From the IMG/VR virus record IMGVR_UViG_3300021255_000054: 64,000 nt of DNA. One strand, written 5' to 3'. Positions 30,012 to 40,803 of this stretch are shown here, one piece after another (positions within the stretch are counted from its first letter, which is position 1; every line of letters begins with the position of its first letter). Both the position numbers and the translations under genes were made by a program. Source of the DNA: a virus. Lineage: Duplodnaviria > Caudoviricetes. The notes below the pieces were generated by a model. It did not search any database. It worked only from the letters and a program-made list of their open reading frames with translations, and had not been told where the DNA came from.

Positions 30012-31583
30012 ATGAAATTTGATCCGATTATTACATCTCTACTCGATACTGATTTGTATAAGTTTAATATGAACCAAGTAATGTTCCATCAGCATACAGA
30101 CCTGATGGGCGAATATCATTTTAAATGCCGCAATGAAAATGTTTTCTTTACTGAAGAAATGTTTAATGAAATTAATGAGCAGATTGACCATCTTTGCACT
30201 CTAACTTTCAAGCCAGGAGAATTGAATTATCTGCGTTCTATTAGATTCATTAAACCCGATTACGTAGAATTCTTGCGGTTGTGGCATCCTATTAGAGACT
30301 ATGTGCATACTACTTGGTCCCCTGATGGTTATCTCGGTATTCATGTAAATGGCCCGTTGTTTTCTTGTATGCAGTTTGAAATTTATCTTCTGGAAATTGT
30401 AAATGAAGTTTACTTCAGAATGAAATATGATTATAATGATCTTCTGAAGTCAGCTAAAGAAAGATTAGATCAGAAAATTAAAGATTTTCAGAATCAAAAA
30501 TATACATTTAAGTTCGCGGAATTTGGATGCCGGCGGCGCCTTTCACGTGAATGGCAGGATGTAGTTGTACGCCGATTTGCTAAAGAAACCAATAATATGG
30601 TTGGCACTTCTAATGTATATTTAGCTTATAAATACAATCTATTACCAATTGGAACATATGCCCATGAATTTGTTCAGATGTATCAGGGCATTAATAAAAT
30701 TCCACTAGCATATACAAATTATTATGCTATGAAGGATTGGTATCATGAATATAATGGTGATAATGGAACAGCGCTAACTGACACTATCACTACTGATATA
30801 TTCTTACTGGATTTTGATAGATCAATGGCCAATAACTTTACTGGTGTTCGCCACGATAGCGGTGATCCATTTATCTGGGGCGAAAAAATGATTGCTCATT
30901 ATCAGAAATTCGGAATTGATCCTAAAACTAAAACTTTACTTTTTAGTGATAGTTTGGATTTTGATAGAGCGCAAAAATTATATAATTACTTCAATAACCG
31001 CGTAAAAGTTTCTTTTGGTATCGGAACTTTTGTATCTAATGATACTGCCGTAGAGCCACTGAACATTGTGATCAAGCTGCAGTATGTCAACGGTAATCCC
31101 GTTGCGAAGCTTTCTGATGCAAGTGGGAAAACAATGTGTGCTGATCCGAAATATAAAATTTATCTTCAGTCCTCTGTTAATTTTAGACTTAATAGAGAAG
31201 GAAGCACGCAGACTAAAAAAGAGCCAAAATGGGTGTATCGCCTCGAAAGCACTGATCCCAATAATGGACTTTGGTATAATAGTTATGGAGAATTTTGTTG
31301 GGGCATTAATGCACTTCCTAATTGCGAAACAAAGAATCTTCCTATGGGCTATGATGTTCGATATCAGAAAGATGGTCGTCAATGGTTTAGCTCTTGCAGC
31401 AATAAAGAAGATTTAATGCATTGGTTTAGTGTTGAAGATGCCACAAACCTTGTTGCGCAGGGATTTGAGTTCGCGCGATATCTTGCTACAGAGTATGAAG
31501 AATATCCTCTTGAAACCACATTTATTAAAGGTTCTGCACTAATGCGTGAAGTTATGGATATTAAAGACTTGTTTAAGGAGTAA
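30012..31583 (+). CDS. pncB: nicotinate phosphoribosyltransferase with extra C-terminal domain
   Basis: LLDTDLYK, EFGCRRR, GTSN, GTYAHE, RHDSGD, FSDSL, FGIGT, KLSD. Confidence 0.92.
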   Translation: MKFDPIITSLLDTDLYKFNMNQVMFHQHTDLMGEYHFKCRNENVFFTEEMFNEINEQIDHLCTLTFKPGELNYLRSIRFIKPDYVEFLRLWHPIRDYVHTTWSPDGYLGIHVNGPLFSCMQFEIYLLEIVNEVYFRMKYDYNDLLKSAKERLDQKIKDFQNQKYTFKFAEFGCRRRLSREWQDVVVRRFAKETNNMVGTSNVYLAYKYNLLPIGTYAHEFVQMYQGINKIPLAYTNYYAMKDWYHEYNGDNGTALTDTITTDIFLLDFDRSMANNFTGVRHDSGDPFIWGEKMIAHYQKFGIDPKTKTLLFSDSLDFDRAQKLYNYFNNRVKVSFGIGTFVSNDTAVEPLNIVIKLQYVNGNPVAKLSDASGKTMCADPKYKIYLQSSVNFRLNREGSTQTKKEPKWVYRLESTDPNNGLWYNSYGEFCWGINALPNCETKNLPMGYDVRYQKDGRQWFSSCSNKEDLMHWFSVEDATNLVAQGFEFARYLATEYEEYPLETTFIKGSALMREVMDIKDLFKE

Positions 31584-31588
31584 AAAAA

Positions 31589-32836
31589 ATGAGAATCGGA
31601 ATTTATGGTGGCACATTTAATCCAATTCATTGGGGACATTTATTCGCGGCAACAACCGCTTTGGGAAAGGGACTTGATAAGGTAATCTTTGTTCCCGCAG
31701 GAACTCCTTATATGAAACCTCAAAATGAGATTGCTTCCGCGCACCATCGTCTTAATATGGTGAAGCTAGCAATTAAAGATAATCCAAAATTTGAAGTTAG
31801 TGATATTGAGTGTAAAACAGAAGGAAATTCTTACACTGTAGATACATTACGAAAATTTAAAGCTATGTATCCTAATGATCATTTGTGTCTAATTGTTGGT
31901 AGAGATGCATATGAACAGATGAGAACGTGGAAAGACCCTTATGAAATTCAGGCGCTCGCTGATTCTATTGTAATAATTGAACGTGAACTTAAAATTTCCT
32001 CTACATTAATTCGGACCACGCTTCCCTATTATGATAACATAGCTAAATCCATGCTGCCACCGCAAGTATATGATTATATCATTGCCAATAAATTATATAT
32101 GGGGAATAAGATGTTTGACGCAAAAAAAATTACTAACGAAATTGTTGAATGGATTCGTAATTGGTTTAATGAAAATGGACCTAATTGTAATGCTGTAATT
32201 GGAATTAGCGGTGGAAAAGATAGCACCGTGGTTGCTGGTCTATGCGTTAAGGCACTCGGTCATGATCGAGTATGCGGCATACTTATGCCAGATGGAGTGC
32301 AAAATGATATTAACGATAGTATTAGAATTTGCGATTTTCTTAAAATTGATTATTTAAAAGTTGATATTCATCCTGCTGTCAAAGCTATATCTGCTTGTAT
32401 GGGCGAAATTAGTACTGAACAAGCTATGATTAATCTTCCTCCCCGTGTTCGTATGACAACTCTTTATTACATTTCTCAGTGTATGAATGGACGAGTTGCA
32501 AATACTTGTAACTATAGTGAAGATTATATTGGATATAGTACAAAATACGGCGATACAGCGGGCGATTTTGCGCCGCTTAAAGATTTAACTTCTGAGGAAG
32601 TTATTGCGGTTGGCTGCGAACTTGGTCTGCCAGTGGATCTTCTTATCAAGCCGCCATCTGATGGTTTATGCGGAAAGACTGATGAAGATAATATTGGATT
32701 TACTTATAAAGAACTAAATGATTATATTAGGTACAATATTCAACCCGCACCTGAAATTAAAAAGAAAATTGACGAACGGCATAAGCAAAATCTATTTAAA
32801 CTTATGCCTATGGCACAGTATAAAATGGAGGAATAA
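31589..32836 (+). CDS. nadD-nadE: NadD-NadE fusion (NaMN adenylyltransferase plus NH3-dependent NAD synthetase)
   Basis: GGTFNPIHWGH, ISSTLIR; then ISGGKDS, RVRM, GYSTKYGD, PSDGL..TDED. Confidence 0.92.
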   Translation: MRIGIYGGTFNPIHWGHLFAATTALGKGLDKVIFVPAGTPYMKPQNEIASAHHRLNMVKLAIKDNPKFEVSDIECKTEGNSYTVDTLRKFKAMYPNDHLCLIVGRDAYEQMRTWKDPYEIQALADSIVIIERELKISSTLIRTTLPYYDNIAKSMLPPQVYDYIIANKLYMGNKMFDAKKITNEIVEWIRNWFNENGPNCNAVIGISGGKDSTVVAGLCVKALGHDRVCGILMPDGVQNDINDSIRICDFLKIDYLKVDIHPAVKAISACMGEISTEQAMINLPPRVRMTTLYYISQCMNGRVANTCNYSEDYIGYSTKYGDTAGDFAPLKDLTSEEVIAVGCELGLPVDLLIKPPSDGLCGKTDEDNIGFTYKELNDYIRYNIQPAPEIKKKIDERHKQNLFKLMPMAQYKMEE

Positions 32837-33166
32837 AATGGAGAACTTCTATGACAAACTAATTGACGAGTACTTTAATCGTCATCCAGATGCAGGCTTA
32901 GCTTGGTGGATGCTACCACTTGAACAGCAACCAGAAGGCTTTAAACAAGAAATGTATGATATTATGTGGAATTTAACGCATAAAGAGCAAAATACGGATG
33001 TGCAGTAAAATGAAAATGATAGTAATAACAACAATTGATACACTCCCGGATTATTGCTATGAATGCCCGTGTTACAACGGTGAGCATTGCTATTGTCAGG
33101 CTGACAAAGAACGAAGATATTCTGAATATAGACCATATTGGTGTCCATTAAAGGAGATAAATAGTA

Positions 33167-33607
33167 ATGACTGACAGGGAGAGAGTTATCAAAGGGCTAG
33201 AATGTTGTTGTTCACCAACAATATGTAAAAACAAATGCCCATATACAAGTTTGTACGAACCACGGAACGGATATGGATACTGTATAGAAGGATTATTGCC
33301 AGACGCCCTTGCCTTGCTGAAAGAACAAGAACCTAAAACACCGATACATATTTACGAAAAGTATCCGCAGCACGATTGGGAGACAGATGAAGATGGCAAC
33401 ATAGATGAATGGGCTATGAGTTATGACTTTCACAATGGCCCTGTATGTAAAAGATGTTATCACTCATTTTGCATTCATTGCGAACCCAATGGATTTGATG
33501 ATGGGCCGTGCGTAATAGATGAATATAAATGCCCAAAGTGCGAATGTATTCTTCAGAAAGGAACGAAATTCTGTTCTGAATGCGGACAAGCGATAAAATG
33601 GGATTAA
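33167..33607 (+). CDS. Cys-rich Zn-binding hypothetical protein
   Basis: multiple CxxC motifs. Confidence 0.65.
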   Translation: MTDRERVIKGLECCCSPTICKNKCPYTSLYEPRNGYGYCIEGLLPDALALLKEQEPKTPIHIYEKYPQHDWETDEDGNIDEWAMSYDFHNGPVCKRCYHSFCIHCEPNGFDDGPCVIDEYKCPKCECILQKGTKFCSECGQAIKWD

Positions 33608-33627
33608 TATATAATTGGAGTGATAAA

Positions 33628-34176
33628 ATGAAAATTTATTTAGCAGGACCAATTTTTACTTATGGTGATTTACTTAGAAATACTGAATGGGCAGTTAAAA
33701 TACGAGCTGCAATTCCAGGAGTAGATCTATATTCCCCTGTTGAAAACACTGATATCAATGGAGTCGAAGGGAAAAAGAAATTTGCGGGCTCTCAAGAAAT
33801 TGCTAATGGGGATAATATTAGATTAAATAAAACTGATATTCTTGTGGCTTGCATAGATGGAGATGTCCTCCCATCCGGCACGTGTGCGGAAATTGGTAAA
33901 TTTCATGAAAAGATTGAACGTGGAGATCATAAATATATTGTTGGTATTTGTACTGATAATAGACAAATGTTCCTAACTCATAGTGAAGCCAAAGATAAAG
34001 GCGGCGCTGCGGCATTAGGTGAGCAGCAGTATAGTTATCAGAATCTTTATGTTACTGGTCTAATTAAACAGGGTGGCATCCTTGTGAGTAATATTGAAGA
34101 TGCTATTGTCTTTATTAAAGAACATGAAGATGAATTTAAAGAAGAATCAGCTAGCGCTGTATCTGAATGGAGGTAA
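33628..34176 (+). CDS. nucleoside 2-deoxyribosyltransferase family
   Basis: KIYLAGPIF, YSP, SGTCAEIG, NLYV. Confidence 0.85.
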   Translation: MKIYLAGPIFTYGDLLRNTEWAVKIRAAIPGVDLYSPVENTDINGVEGKKKFAGSQEIANGDNIRLNKTDILVACIDGDVLPSGTCAEIGKFHEKIERGDHKYIVGICTDNRQMFLTHSEAKDKGGAAALGEQQYSYQNLYVTGLIKQGGILVSNIEDAIVFIKEHEDEFKEESASAVSEWR

Positions 34177-34178
34177 TT

Positions 34179-34646
34179 ATGGCTACTACAGATAAAGTTA
34201 CAACCACAACCACAGGCACGGGCACAACCTGTTAGTGTCCATATATCAAACCAAAAGCAGAATAGGGATGGGAGTGTCCTCGCTGCGGCCGCATTAACGC
34301 ACCTTGGGTAAGGCAATGTGATTGTTCTAGAAGTGATAAATGGGATATTACTTGGAACAAAGATGATTGCGCAAAACCGTGGTGGTATGATTATATTGTT
34401 AAATGCAACGAAGCAGATAACGTATTAAATAATCCTAACATTTACAAAGTTGGTGGTAGTGATTATAAAACGGAAAATACATATGTAAATTTTAATAATA
34501 CACAATCCAATAAAATTAATCCAAATTCAGTAACTACTGCTTGGAATTGTACTAATCCCGATTAGTGCCATTATACTACTGAATCAGTGGTAACTGATGG
34601 TATACATAATTTTTATAGTTTAAAAACACCAAAGGAGACTAAATAA
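34179..34646 (+). CDS. hypothetical protein with QGWECPRCG motif (3 TAG)
   Basis: GGAGG RBS; TAG falls at the Q of QGWxCPxCG. Confidence 0.65.
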
Positions 34647-34647
34647 T

Positions 34648-36051
34648 ATGTTATATAACATTAATGATAAGCTACCTGCAAAAAGACTCTTTGTCGCGGC
34701 AATGCAGCAAGTTATTGCCTGTTTCGTTGCTACAGTACTAATTCCACAGATTTGTGGAGTGCCTATCGCGCCCGCTATGCTAGGTGCCGCATTAGGCACA
34801 CTGCTTTATCAGCTATTTACTAAGGGTCAAAGTCCTATGTTTATTAGCTCTTCTGGAGCATTCGTAGCAGCAGTATTAGGCGCATTAGCACTTGGAACTG
34901 CCCCAAACTACCTCGCTGTATTTATTGGCGGCCTAATTGTATGCCTTGTATATTTTGCGGTCGGGCTAGCAATTAATCATTTTGGTACAGATTGGATTAA
35001 CAAAGTATTGCCGCCAGTTGTAATTGGCCCAATCGTAGCAGTTATCGGCTTAAATCTTGCTACATTCCTGCCAACATATTTCCAAATTAATGGGCAGTAT
35101 AGTTTAATTGGCTTTGGTCTAGGAATGCTTACACTTCTAATTACCGCACTAATTTCTCATTATGGAAAAGGCTTTATTAAGAATCTTCCATTCCTAATTG
35201 CTATTCTTATTGTGTATGCCTTTGCCGCAATATTAACAGTATGCGGTATTCCAATTATTGACTTTAGCGTATTTAATGGAGTAAGATTATTCCAGATGCC
35301 AGACTTTGCATTCTTACATTTTGGCGCTTTTGATTGGAGTCTATTACCACAGATTCTATTACTTTTCCTGCCTCTATCACTGGTAACACTATGTGAGCAT
35401 ACGTCAGACCATAAGGCCCTAAGCGCTGTTATCGGTACAGATTTAACACAGAAGCCTGGCCTTGGTTATACTCTAATGGGTGATGGTGCTGCCACTGCTC
35501 TTGGTACTCTTATTGGTGCAATGCCTAATACGAGCTATGGCGAAAGTGTAGGAACTACAGGATTTAGTAAAATCTGTTCTAAGTATGTGATTACACTTGC
35601 CGCAATTATTATGGGTATTGCCGCATTTATTGGGCCATTGCAGGCTTTCCTTGTTAGTATTCCCAGTGCTATCTTTGGTGGGTGTGCGGCGATCCTTTAT
35701 GGATATATTACTCTAAGTGGTATCCGTACTATTAAAGATAGTAATATTGATTTAAATAATAATAAGAATGTTACTATTATCGCCGCGGTATTAACTCTTG
35801 GCGTATCTGGCGCAGTATGTAACTTTGGAATAGTAAGTATTGGAACCACAGCATTAGCAATGATTGTTGGTATTGTATTAAATCTTATTCTTAAAGATAA
35901 ACCAAAATTCGGTGTAAATGAACCCGCAACGATTACATTTACTAACACTAAAACTGGTGAATCTTTTGATATAAAAGAAAAACCACAACGCGGATTGCGC
36001 GCGCAACTTAATGTTCTAGATGACGCTGCAATATTGGAAGAAAAACAATGA
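34648..36051 (+). CDS. NCS2 (uracil/xanthine) permease
   Basis: SSGAFV, PPVVIGP, EH..DH, MGDG, PNTSYGE signature; many TM segments. Confidence 0.92.
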   Translation: MLYNINDKLPAKRLFVAAMQQVIACFVATVLIPQICGVPIAPAMLGAALGTLLYQLFTKGQSPMFISSSGAFVAAVLGALALGTAPNYLAVFIGGLIVCLVYFAVGLAINHFGTDWINKVLPPVVIGPIVAVIGLNLATFLPTYFQINGQYSLIGFGLGMLTLLITALISHYGKGFIKNLPFLIAILIVYAFAAILTVCGIPIIDFSVFNGVRLFQMPDFAFLHFGAFDWSLLPQILLLFLPLSLVTLCEHTSDHKALSAVIGTDLTQKPGLGYTLMGDGAATALGTLIGAMPNTSYGESVGTTGFSKICSKYVITLAAIIMGIAAFIGPLQAFLVSIPSAIFGGCAAILYGYITLSGIRTIKDSNIDLNNNKNVTIIAAVLTLGVSGAVCNFGIVSIGTTALAMIVGIVLNLILKDKPKFGVNEPATITFTNTKTGESFDIKEKPQRGLRAQLNVLDDAAILEEKQ

Positions 36052-36142
36052 TAATAATAAAATTGGGGAGTTGAAATTTCAACTCTCCTTATTTGACTTT
36101 CTATAAAAATTAAGATATAATTTATATAGAAAGTGAGGGGCG

Positions 36143-36511
36143 ATGATAATGACTAATTGGAAAGAAATGACTCAGTTCAATGATCAGGACGCCAATGAAT
36201 TGATCAATGCCGCGCACGCACATCTGGTAGATATGGAATTAAAAAATCAGTGGGATTCTACTGTAAATGAATTCAAGTTCCAAGATTTTCTGCAGCAAGC
36301 ATTCGATTATATGCTGCAGCATATTGAGGATCAGTTGCATGATGATGTGGCTAAGTATCAGTGGTATCCTAAGATCAAAGAGTTTTGGGATTATGCTGAG
36401 TTGATCCAAATGGTAGATTGTACTGTTAATGACGCTATTGAAGATTTTCACACAAGTAAAATCTATGAGATGGTTGAAACGTGGTGGGCGGAAACTTTCG
36501 GTTTGGTATAA
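36143..36511 (+). CDS. hypothetical protein
   Basis: ORF after terminator/promoter at 36065-36121. Confidence 0.65.
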   Translation: MIMTNWKEMTQFNDQDANELINAAHAHLVDMELKNQWDSTVNEFKFQDFLQQAFDYMLQHIEDQLHDDVAKYQWYPKIKEFWDYAELIQMVDCTVNDAIEDFHTSKIYEMVETWWAETFGLV

Positions 36512-36774
36512 AAGCTAATCTCATTTGAAAACTTTTAAAAATAAAAATTATTTTATAATTTTTATAGAAAGAAAGGATAGTGGAATTCTGATAATGACAA
36601 GACAAGAAATAATTGATGCATTTAAAGCAGAACTGAATAAATCTTATACAATATGTACAGTTACTTATAAAAATCTTATTCCTATTAAAATAAAAGAAAC
36701 CGAGTATCCACAGCTTTCATTGACATTTGACCGTTCTATAATTGAAGCAGCATTGGTTTTATTGGAGACTAAAG

Positions 36775-37290
36775 ATGAAATTTAAAGATTGTGTTAAAAA
36801 CTTTCCACTTAATGATACATTAGTTGGATATTATGATACTGAGCAGTCTTTTAGCATATCCGTTGGTAGAAGTGTAGATAATATTGAAAAGTGGCGCGAT
36901 AATCCTTTTTGGGAAGATAATAACAGTTATGCATTCATAACTTATGAGCCATTTGATAATAAATTTACTTGTTGGAGCTTCTTATTTGATAGAGTTAAAG
37001 GATATCTAAATGAAACAGATGATCCTGATAACTTTTATCCAGCTACATACTCCGAAGATTTTGGCTGGACAAAAATTGACCCATCCGATCCTAAAGTAAT
37101 ATTTCCCGATGATAAGCTTGCGATAAAGCTTGGTTGGCCACTTGAAGAGCTTACAACAGATAAATATCGGCGCGAACAGGTAGCTTATTTATTTGACCCT
37201 GAAAGTTATTTGAATGGATATATATTGACAAGTCCGGATGCTATAAAAAAGTTTGTTAAATCGAAAAATTTTAGAATGAATGCAGAATAA
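36775..37290 (+). CDS. hypothetical protein
   Basis: ORF with GGAG RBS. Confidence 0.6.
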   Translation: MKFKDCVKNFPLNDTLVGYYDTEQSFSISVGRSVDNIEKWRDNPFWEDNNSYAFITYEPFDNKFTCWSFLFDRVKGYLNETDDPDNFYPATYSEDFGWTKIDPSDPKVIFPDDKLAIKLGWPLEELTTDKYRREQVAYLFDPESYLNGYILTSPDAIKKFVKSKNFRMNAE

Positions 37291-37296
37291 TTAAAT

Positions 37297-37321
37297 TACC
37301 TATTCTATGTGAGAATAGGTA
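37297..37321. promoter_or_regulatory. inverted repeat upstream of the XRE gene (operator or terminator)
   Basis: TACCTATTCT-ATGTG-AGAATAGGTA. Confidence 0.5.
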
Positions 37322-37364
37322 TATTTCTTTTACTTTTAATTATGTCTCTGAGGCAGGTGAGAAT

Positions 37365-37547
37365 ATGACACGAGATATTATAAAACAATATGAGCTATTT
37401 GTATATAATAAAGGATGGACTCAAACTGAAGCGGCAGAATATATTGGATGCAGCCAAGAACACCTAAGCCGTATCTTTAAAGGAACAAAAAATCCTTCAG
37501 TTAAACTATTAGATAAAATGGAAGAGGTTATACAGAATGACAGATAA
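37365..37547 (+). CDS. XRE-family HTH protein
   Basis: WTQTEAAEYIGCSQEHLSRIFKG..NPS. Confidence 0.85.
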   Translation: MTRDIIKQYELFVYNKGWTQTEAAEYIGCSQEHLSRIFKGTKNPSVKLLDKMEEVIQNDR

Positions 37548-37719
37548 ACTTTATATTATTTATATGCCACGAGTAGCAGCCGCATTACGTGAATTAGGCT
37601 TTAAAATTATAAAAGTAACACCCAATATAAAGAAACCTCAATATGATGTATATTGGTTTAATGACACGCCTGAATTACGCGCGGCAATTCCTACAGCTGT
37701 AAAAATGGCTAAGCGGTAA
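37537..37719 (+). CDS. small DUF5659-like protein
   Basis: A..L.ELGF.I....PN.KKP...VY.F..TPEL pattern. Confidence 0.55.
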   Translation: MTDKLYIIYMPRVAAALRELGFKIIKVTPNIKKPQYDVYWFNDTPELRAAIPTAVKMAKR

Positions 37720-37738
37720 TTCAGGAGGTATTCAGGTT

Positions 37739-38074
37739 ATGGCAGCAGAAAAGAAAGCACTCGCATTATTGAGCGATGTAGATAAATCTACTTATAATGA
37801 AAAGAATTTATTTTATCAAATTGCACCCGAAATGTTTGAAAAGATCAACCAAAAAATTGATAACAAAAGTGGAGCACAAAAGACATTATTACTTTATTTA
37901 ATCTTTCAGCGGCAAAATGGTGATTTTCACCCAGCAGAAGCAACTATTCTTAAAGCGTGTAATTTTGATCATAAACGCTATAATGCTGCACGCGATGCGC
38001 TTATTGAGCGCGGATTTTTAGAATATGAGCCATATAAATATCTTAAAATTATGTACAAAAAAATTATGGAATAA
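37739..38074 (+). CDS. putative winged-helix replication initiator / DNA-binding protein
   Basis: LLLYL...helix-turn-helix...ARDALIERGFL; directly precedes the repeats. Confidence 0.5.
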   Translation: MAAEKKALALLSDVDKSTYNEKNLFYQIAPEMFEKINQKIDNKSGAQKTLLLYLIFQRQNGDFHPAEATILKACNFDHKRYNAARDALIERGFLEYEPYKYLKIMYKKIME

Positions 38075-38313
38075 TGTATGTTTTGAGAACACACCTGTGT
38101 CTTCACGACACACTTCATCAATGTATGTTTTGAGAACACAGGTATGTCGTGAAGACACACCTGATGTGTGTCTTCAAATCCAGAAGGTGTGTCGTGAAAA
38201 CACTCTTCATCTATGTTGTGAGAACACACATAATATAATAAAACATAATAAAATTAACATAATAAAAATAAAATAAATGCGGCGCAAGTTTGCGCTGGCG
38301 CGCAAACCGCCGC
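38074..38313. repeat. iteron-like repeats, AT-rich tract and GC hairpin (putative origin)
   Basis: about 7 copies of TRTGTYKTGARRACAC in both orientations; exact 20-mer at 38074 and 38121; A-rich 38230-38278; GC hairpin 38279-38313. Confidence 0.7.
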
Positions 38314-39716
38314 GAAAGGAGTAAATATGAGTAATTTAACAGATGAAAATTTCTTAAAACATCAAACAAAAAAACAACTTATAATCTATCTTCATAATAC
38401 AGAATTAGAACTTGAGAATTTACGTAATCGAATGTATAAAATAACAGGATGCCGTAATTTCGGTAATCCTGATGGAACGGATGGTGTTTGTGTTGAGTGT
38501 TATTATAATAAAAAAGAATTATTTGATAAATGTTGGGACTTTAAATTTAATAATTGACATATAATCAAATTTATATTATAATAAAGAAAAAAGAGGTAAT
38601 AATATGAAAGAATGTAGTTTTTGCCGCAAAATTACACAATCTGCTTATGATTTAAATGAAGGTCAAGAAGTCAATCAAGGCTTTGAAGGCGAAGCATTCA
38701 TTGATTTACTAGGAGATCTAATTGTTCATATAAATGATTTGCAAGGAAGTAGAGACGTTGAGGCCGCACTTCATATTAATTACTGTCCTTGGTGCGGCCA
38801 AAAGATTGAGAGGTTATCTAAATGGAACCTAAAGTAATAGATTTTATTGATGTAGTACATGCTGAATATGGAACGATAGTTTGGCTAGGCAAACCTAGTA
38901 AAGAACAACGTGAAGCAAGAAGGTGGTAAAGTTATGATTGCTATTGATATGAATATGCCGCGTGGTTGTGATGGTTGTTTATTCTTATTTCAAGGTAGAA
39001 CTGATGATCTTTCAATTCGTAAGCTTAATGGCCCTGAATTTTATTATCGTTGCTCTATAGAATGGCGCTTGGATATTACAGATAATGATAAACCATTACA
39101 AAAACGGCATAAAAATTGCCCACTAATTGAAATTAAAGAGGAGAATAAAAAATGAAATGTAAATTATGTGAAGAAGGGGTATCCGCAGTAAAATATTATG
39201 CAAATTCTCAACAAGGAATAGATGATCCTAGAATTAAATATGAAACTGAAATTTCACTAGACTCTAGAGAATTAACAGTATATACAAATATGCTAAACTC
39301 AATGGGTTATCCAAAATCAGAAATTTTAACTCAGATTCCTATTTACTATTGTCCTTGGTGCGGAAGAAAATTAAATGAATATGAGGAATAAATAAAATGG
39401 AAATTCTTGAAACAATTCCAATATATGGTACTCCTGTTTGGGTTACTATTTTAATAGTATGCGGTTTTGGAGCATTAATCCTTTCTATTGGTATTGCAGA
39501 AACTAAATATGCATGTTATATTGCCTTATTTATAGGCGCGTTAGCTGTATTAACTGGACTAGTAGGTCTTATTGTACTAGGCGATACAGAATTTAAACGT
39601 AATGAATATATAGTACGCATTACTGATATGCCAGCTCAGGAATTCGTGGAAAAATACGAAGTAACAAAGCACTTTGAATATTCTGATGTAATTCAAGTAA
39701 AGGAGATTGAAAAGAA

Positions 39717-40007
39717 ATGAAAGTAATTGCTCGCCCGATTGGTACTGGTAAAACTCGTGAGCTATTAGAAACGGCATTAGAAAATGATGGAATTGTCCTA
39801 ACAACTAATAAGCGCGCACTGATTGAAAAGGCAAAAGCATATGGATTTGATGATATCTGTATTGTTGATTGGAATGATCTTCTTTATAATGATTATGATC
39901 ACGAGAAACCATTATATGTAAATAAACTTGATGATGCTATGGAAGAATATTTTAGACTAGATTTTGGTTTAAAGCTCGCGGGCTATAGTGTTGCTATGGA
40001 GGTATAA
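39717..40007 (+). CDS. small P-loop-like protein
   Basis: RPIGTGKT. Confidence 0.55.
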   Translation: MKVIARPIGTGKTRELLETALENDGIVLTTNKRALIEKAKAYGFDDICIVDWNDLLYNDYDHEKPLYVNKLDDAMEEYFRLDFGLKLAGYSVAMEV

Positions 40008-40172
40008 TATGGGAGCACCGCAAATAATTTGGTTTATAATCGCTATAATTGATATTGTTTATACAGGTATTCACAATGGAGAACGAAAGGAAGGTGAATA
40101 TAATTTTTGGACTAATTTACTGGCTATCATTATTGAATACTTTTTCTTTAAGTGGGGAGGATTTTTTAAGTA

Positions 40173-40592
40173 ATGTTTACTAGTTATGATACTGAAACCC
40201 AGCAGGTATCACATGTTTATAGTAAAGATGAACTTGTTAAATCTATAGATGATACTATTAGTTATTATGAGCGCTCACTTAAACGCTTACATGATGAAAA
40301 TAAGAAAATGCGCGAAAATGCTAAAGCAGAAGTCAGTAAAGAATTTGAACATGAAATTAATTATTTGCGCGAAAAGCTAAGACTTTCATATGGAAGTTTT
40401 GCTTCTCAAAAAGAACTTGATGCATATAATGATTTTGAACAGCGGCATATGCATGACCGTGAAACTTCAAGATATAATGGTGGCCGCGCGCCTTACTTAA
40501 TTCCAACGGGAACTGGACTTGGAGTTATTTTACATGTTAAATGCCCCATTTGCGGTGAAGAAGAAAATATTACTGATGATAGCGTGTGGTGA
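40173..40592 (+). CDS. hypothetical protein (C-terminal PTGTG..CPICG)
   Basis: ORF in a tightly packed run of small genes, 38.3-42.4 kb. Confidence 0.65.
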   Translation: MFTSYDTETQQVSHVYSKDELVKSIDDTISYYERSLKRLHDENKKMRENAKAEVSKEFEHEINYLREKLRLSYGSFASQKELDAYNDFEQRHMHDRETSRYNGGRAPYLIPTGTGLGVILHVKCPICGEEENITDDSVW

Positions 40593-40596
40593 AATT

Positions 40597-40803
40597 ATGA
40601 AATTACATATTAAAATCTCTTATGAATGGGAAGAAGATGTAACTGAAATGCTATAGGAATGGTTAGAAGATGGCTATACTATAGAAGAATTTAAACAACA
40701 AGAAGTTTCTTTACATCATGCTATTGATAGGTTAGATACCGCTGCAGATAATCACATATTATCTAATTATAAACGTGAATTAGAATAGGAGTGGATTGAA
40801 TGA
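40597..40803 (+). CDS. hypothetical protein (2 TAG)
   Basis: ends at a TGA overlapping the next ATG with readthrough. Confidence 0.55.

Noticed and set aside
38074-38230. CRISPR array
   Set aside because: Repeats are short, degenerate and in both orientations, with no regular unique spacers and no cas genes
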